Positions 31,850-32,000 of a stretch of 32,000 nucleotides of DNA are shown one piece after another. The stretch is from Candidatus Scalindua sp. GTDB lineage: Bacteria > Planctomycetota > Brocadiia > Brocadiales > Scalinduaceae. Within the stretch, counting starts at the first letter, position 1. Every line of letters begins with the position of its first letter. The position numbers and the translations under genes were made by a program. Where the stretch lies: contig JALDRA010000001.1 in the NCBI GenBank assembly GCA_031316235.1, positions 2,100,001-2,132,000 on the forward strand, read 5' to 3'. The notes beneath the pieces were generated by a model. It did no database searches. It had not been told where the DNA came from and was given only the letters and a program-made list of their open reading frames with translations.

Positions 31850-32000
31850 TTAGTGTTTCATCAATAAATGATTACGGTTGACATCTCGTATATATTCCCA
31901 TTCATTGGAGTGATATTTCTTTGCAACCTCTTTCAAGTCTACCTCTTTGAAATAATATAAAAGGGATGAATCAATACTTGATAAATCTACCATTGCTGAC
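31850..32000 (-). CDS. Small or partial ORF (47 aa from the ATG at 31993; frame is open to the window edge)
   Basis: MVDLSSIDSSLLYYFKEVDLKEVAKKYHSNEWEYIRDVNRNHLLMKH*. No recognisable motif. Confidence 0.2.
   Translation of the reverse strand, partial: SAMVDLSSIDSSLLYYFKEVDLKEVAKKYHSNEWEYIRDVNRNHLLMKH

Overview
AT-rich window (about 35% G+C in hand-counted 60-nt blocks) that reads as an accessory or defence island. Nearly every confident gene between 1.6 kb and 32 kb is on the minus strand. No taxon can be assigned from the sequence alone. No rRNA, tRNA or CRISPR array was seen. Gene content: (i) the 3' part of a group II intron (RT/maturase ORF plus domain V); (ii) five type II TA-like modules: HigBA, a Gp49-like/XRE pair with a frameshifted toxin, a TIGR04255 + HicB-like + HicA-like coupled trio, HEPN/MNT, and MqsR/MqsA-like; (iii) one GC-rich (55-57%) foreign gene for a secreted metzincin-like protease fused to a ~7-blade repeat propeller, next to Tn3-family tnpA/tnpR remnants; (iv) a DUF4338 protein, a GxxExxY protein, an atypical orphan GspG pseudopilin, a Zn-ribbon + NDT/TIR-like protein, and an AlbA_2/HATPase regulator; (v) a 10.4-kb co-directional cluster of SNF2 helicase, long beta-class N6-adenine methyltransferase, Fic, and Res-like helicase-nuclease. 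This cluster matches no canonical type III, BREX or DISARM layout. Its SNF2 gene carries a 1-nt frameshift and its Res gene an in-frame TGA, while the MTase and Fic genes are intact; (vi) a RAYT/IS200-like Y1 transposase with a DnaA-C-like HTH, bracketed by perfect 13-bp inverted repeats. The gene cassettes are separated by at least six families of interspersed noncoding repeats (here R1-R5 and DR25). The junctions of these repeats repeatedly carry a TTGACCCC-type motif, and several cassettes are bracketed by direct repeats. The most interesting candidates are the SNF2/MTase/Fic/Res cluster, the repeat/RAYT cassette architecture, and the TIGR04255-HicBA trio.
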